Positions 59,820 to 64,000 of a DNA stretch of 64,000 nt are shown piece after piece (within the stretch, counting starts at the first letter, position 1; the number at the start of each line of letters is the position of its first letter). Source of the DNA: Pocillopora damicornis (Eukaryota); assembly GCF_003704095.1 (NCBI RefSeq), contig NW_020844142.1, forward strand, positions 1 to 64,000, read 5' to 3'. The translations under genes were made by a program, and so were the position numbers. Under the pieces are notes generated by a model, which did not search any database, was not told the origin of the DNA, and saw only the letters and a list, made by a program, of their open reading frames with translations.

Positions 59820-61460
59820 TCACACGAGCGTATTCGCTCCTCGCCCGAACAGATTGTGCGCTACTGAACGATAAAACCTTCTCCAGGCGTTAATGGTCTT
59901 ACTCGACCATATCCAAAATCCTGATGTAATTCCAACGATCAAGAACATCAAGTACTTGACCATAAATACGGTGAAATCCGGTTTGTCATTAACAATCGGG
60001 TATTTGGGACAATCCATGTCTTTCATGTTATCAATGCACGCTTGTTGATGCTTCCAGCCTTCAAGCCATGATTGCTCCCACTTTTCACGATTTGCCTGCT
60101 CATAGAACAAACAACCTATTACTGAAATCGCGGGCAAAGTGTACAGAATGGAAAATACTCCGATACGAATCATTAATTTTTCGATTTTCTCCCTCTTGCT
60201 GTAATCGTCTTTTAAAACTGATCTCACTCGAAACAGCGACACAAATCCGGCTAACAGGAATGTAGCTCCAGCAAAAAAGTAAATGAACAGGGGAGCCAAC
60301 ACATATACCCTCAGCGCATTTAAATCTGAGAGTCCAACAAAGCAAACTCCGCTTAGCTCGTCGCCATCAACTTTGGTCATCAATAAAATCGCAATTGTTT
60401 TAACGGCAGGAATCGCCCAGGCTGCAAGGTGGAAAAATTGTGCGTTTGCCTCGATAGCTTCTTGACCCCATTTTAGTCCGGCCGCAAGAAACCAAGTGAG
60501 TGTTAGAATAACCCACCAGATTGAGGATGCCATGCTGAAGAAATATAATAGCATAAAAATTACTGTGCATCCTTCGTGTTTAGTTCCTTGCACAAGGACG
60601 GAATGACCATGTTTAGATTCCGTGCAAGATAAAGAGTCCCCAGCAGTGAATCCAATGATGTAGGAAACAGAAATCATGAAGTAACAACCCGATAGAAAAA
60701 TAATAGGTCTTTCAGGGTACCGAAATCTTCTCATGTCAATAATAAACGTTAAAATTGTAAAGAGAGTTGATATGCAACAGAGAATCGCCCATATTCCAGT
60801 CCAAAGACGGGCAATTTTTCGCTCCTTCTCATCAAAATAGATGTTTTCGCACTTTGATGCACAGTTCTTCTTGCCAAAGAACATGTAGTGATCGTTATCA
60901 ATTTTTTGCTCCTCCGGACATCGGAATGACACCAAACTAATGTCGATCGGAGCCTCCGTCGAGTTGTGTCCTTGTGGTTGTTCCTTAGAAGGCACTACTT
61001 GACCGTTTCTACCAGTTGTGTTCTTTCCAACACAGAGATCCTCGCCTAGTTTTGGAAACTTCTCGCAACGCAAAGACTCGGGCCACGTGAAACCAAATTT
61101 CTTCATAAGATCTTCGCATCCATCTCGCGCACTGTCACAAAGTGAACGGCATGGTGGAACTGGAATACCGAGAAGAGTGCAAATGGGGGCATAAACCGAA
61201 CATAAGAAGAAGGCCAGATCCTCCGAACAGCCGACTTTCACCAGTGGGAAAAACTGATGAACTTCGAGAGCTGCTTCCTCTTGTGTTCTGTGCTTTAACA
61301 TGTTTGGAAATATTGTAGTGTTGTACGGTAAACCAATGCAAAGAGGTATCGTAACAGACTCACACTTCTTTTGGCACAAGCAAGGCAATAAACAAACCCC
61401 AAAGATCACGACGGGGAGCAGCAATCGTTCAAAACGCGTACCGTAAGCGTCTCCGACCAT
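59820..61460 (-). CDS. FZD7: Frizzled, FZD1/2/7 subfamily, intronless, 546 aa
   Basis: First ATG (CAACATGG) at 61460; the ORF track start at 61493 is a TTG. Signal peptide, CRD (CESVTIPLC...[10 protein letters not shown]...PPCRSLC), seven TM helices ([32 protein letters not shown]), KTxxxW motif (KTINAW) and a C-terminal PDZ ligand T-L-V. The symbol stands for the FZD1/2/7 co-ortholog. Confidence 0.93.
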   Translation of the reverse strand: MVGDAYGTRFERLLLPVVIFGVCLLPCLCQKKCESVTIPLCIGLPYNTTIFPNMLKHRTQEEAALEVHQFFPLVKVGCSEDLAFFLCSVYAPICTLLGIPVPPCRSLCDSARDGCEDLMKKFGFTWPESLRCEKFPKLGEDLCVGKNTTGRNGQVVPSKEQPQGHNSTEAPIDISLVSFRCPEEQKIDNDHYMFFGKKNCASKCENIYFDEKERKIARLWTGIWAILCCISTLFTILTFIIDMRRFRYPERPIIFLSGCYFMISVSYIIGFTAGDSLSCTESKHGHSVLVQGTKHEGCTVIFMLLYFFSMASSIWWVILTLTWFLAAGLKWGQEAIEANAQFFHLAAWAIPAVKTIAILLMTKVDGDELSGVCFVGLSDLNALRVYVLAPLFIYFFAGATFLLAGFVSLFRVRSVLKDDYSKREKIEKLMIRIGVFSILYTLPAISVIGCLFYEQANREKWEQSWLEGWKHQQACIDNMKDMDCPKYPIVNDKPDFTVFMVKYLMFLIVGITSGFWIWSSKTINAWRRFYRSVAHNLFGRGANTLV

Positions 61461-61595
61461 GTTGAACAGAACAGTTGTACTAACGCAATTCAATCTCCTC
61501 TTTAAAGCTGACCAAGACTACGCTCTTAGTTAATGACCAAGTACGCTTTCCTGAAAAGAATTGTCAACGAAATTAGCATGCTTTGGATGTCGAGA

Positions 61596-61660
61596 ATGTG
61601 ATTGGCTGGCGGTAACAGAAGGAGACAATCAAAATACCAAACAGGATCCGATTGGCTTAA
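61596..61660 (-). promoter_or_regulatory. Two NF-Y CCAAT boxes upstream of Frizzled
   Basis: AGCCAATCAC and AGCCAATCGG on the minus strand (ATTGG at 61601 and 61651), exactly 50 bp apart, 140-190 bp upstream of the ATG in CpG-retaining DNA. Confidence 0.55.
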
Positions 61661-64000
61661 ATAATATGATCCAACTAATTACGAGTCAAACAAAACGTCT
61701 CTACGTAAAGGCCACCGGATGTTCAATCACTCCCAATGAATATCTTTAAAAGCTTTACGGTGTACTTTTCACAAATATAATTTACTTGCAGAGGCATTTC
61801 ACTTTTTACTTAGATATCATCAAACATTTTATCAAAGGTACTTTGCAAAAAACAATACGACAAAAACAAAGAATTCTCATTTCTATCTGAAACGAGGTAT
61901 TTTGAATCAAATATTCATCAAGAAACCCCTTGCTGTTTTCTTATTATTTACTTTTCAATAAGGCATCTGGAATTCGTTTCTTACTGACGCCTATCGGTCA
62001 CGAAATTAGAAACCGGCGACATTAAACTCTGCAGGGAGTAAATTGCTTTCAGCAGAGTATTTCAGTTTACACTTGACAAATCCCTTGTCTAGAGTAAACA
62101 AAGTTCTTATATGGTTTTAACCACGATACAAGATTCTTTATACTGAGATAACCTAACATCAGATAACCGGTTCGATTCCAGTGGAAAGTTTTGCTGTTTT
62201 TGAGAGTACATTTCCTGAGGGTTGGGCGTTCTTCGCATTTTTTTACCGTACCGCACTTTCGGCGCTTTCTTTACGCTCTTTGTTCTTCGGTCATTTTTTA
62301 TTGAATCTATTTTTTTTACAGTCAGGAAGAATATGTTTATCTATCTCCGGTATATTGATGGCAGCGAAATGAATTTTGAGCTCAGTTTCCTAAACAAAGT
62401 ACGGAAAGAAGTTAAGGTATGAGTGTTCATGATCTTCATGACTTCTTCCAGACTGCAGGCAACGCAATAAACTACTGGTAACAAACCTAACACTCAACTA
62501 AACACCATCTTCCGATAAACACCGCACTAAATTAAAGGAATGCGACGTTTACTCGAGGAGCAAATTGAACATAAAGTACAGAAATACTCGGTAATCTACA
62601 CTGTCAGATCCCACCGTCCTTGGACATTCATATCATTCATATCGAGACAGTAAATCTTCAAAAGAAAGTTTGTATGTCACCTAATTTTCAAATGAGTTAC
62701 AGTATATTGTGCTACTTAAATAACGCTGACCTCGAATTCACTTCAGACACATCCGATAAATTCATGTTGCTTGTGAAACGATCTCAATGTCCGCTTCGAG
62801 CCTAATCCTCATAAAACGGGCTCAACGTGCTGCTGTCAAGCTCGATATACGCGCCAGTTGACTAAACACTGCGTCGAAAATGCTCAATAATATCTAATAA
62901 ACACTGCGGCTTTTAATAAGTTGAAAGACGCACAGGAAATGTGTGCTGTTCATCAGCCGGGGGGTTTGTATTGGGAAAAACTTAACCCGAGGTCTTGGAT
63001 ACCTCTTAAGGCCTCCACTTTGGTTAACTATCATCAACTATCATGACCTAGAATTGTTTTGAGGAATTGAAAGAGTCTTTGAATGAAAGTCACATCGATA
63101 GATTGAATTGTAAAAAATAAAAAGCCTCACGTTTTTACTTCTTGAGTGTACTTGGCTTTTGGACGGCATGTCAACAGAATCATTGACGCTCTTGCCTTCT
63201 CAAAATTCATTTCGAAACCAATATTTTGCAGGTAGCCGGAGTGATTTGTGTGAGCAAGGAAAGAATTGATAAGTTATTCATCACCTTAACATTGTAACTT
63301 AAGTCTTTCCTTCAAGAAGGCTGCCCAGTGGGCAAAACAACGTATATCTATGAAAACCAAAAACTCACAAAACCTCACGAAAGCGTTACCGTGCCCATGT
63401 GCAGAGATAGGAAAGTCCGGACCGCGCTAAGAATCAATCAGGTTGATTAGTGTACCCTTTTGGAAAAAAATAAACATTCGTATTAAAAATCCATCAAGTA
63501 TTACGACTCTGCTCGCCTCTGGTAACATATACTGTATTTCCTCGGTTAAGCGATTGAGTGCTCAGTTAAAATTTCGGCTAAAAGGAGGGGCGGCGCTTAA
63601 TCAAGAGCACGCTCTCAATTCTTGTGACATACATAAAAGAAAAACAATACATGGATCCTGTTCGGCTCATGGATGATGTAGTCATTCCATGAGATGTAGG
63701 GTGAAAGTCGGGCGGCATTATGGTACACACTCACCAGTAGGAAAATCGACTCTTATTAATTTATTCATTAAAAATTGGATTAAACATTGAAATCCAACCT
63801 CCCCCTGCTAAATAATGGTTTTGTTCCAAAATATCTGCCAAGCTTTAGAAGGGACGAGAAAGGCGTAGATTTTTCCCAATAACGGTATAAACTTCATGGA
63901 TGAACGCCATATAAACGACAAAATAGCGGAATGAAATCTATAGACGACCTATGGGTGCGGCTTACTTGACGCGCTTTCCTTACTTAGGGCACTTTCCTTA

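Noticed and set aside
61461-61493. 11-aa N-terminal extension of Frizzled in the ORF track
   Set aside because: Starts at TTG; the ATG at 61460 has good context and precedes the signal peptide

Overview
This is AT-rich eukaryotic DNA, most likely an anthozoan or stony coral (inferred from repeat families and intron style), with five 100-N scaffold gaps. It holds two intact protein-coding genes, both on the minus strand. (1) ACAD11 has 20 exons (CDS 55234->9924, 774 aa), reconstructed by hand with GT-AG introns in consistent phase; it has an N-terminal APH-type kinase, a C-terminal acyl-CoA dehydrogenase and a PTS1-like -AKI end. (2) An intronless Frizzled of the FZD1/2/7 group (61460->59820, 546 aa). 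The rest is mostly transposon-derived. At 1-7587 there is a nested stack of hAT elements, including a CGGBP1-like hAT with intact TIRs and TSD and a MITE with a 9-bp duplication. The ACAD11 introns carry LINE fragments, a DIRS/Ngaro relic, a Penelope relic with a hammerhead ribozyme core, a BEL/Pao LTR relic, a MULE-like relic, SINEs and MITEs. I found no wholly novel system I can prove. The best leads are a p53-type response element over the ACAD11 start codon, a splice/initiation switch at the kinase-dehydrogenase junction, and the CGGBP1-like transposon.
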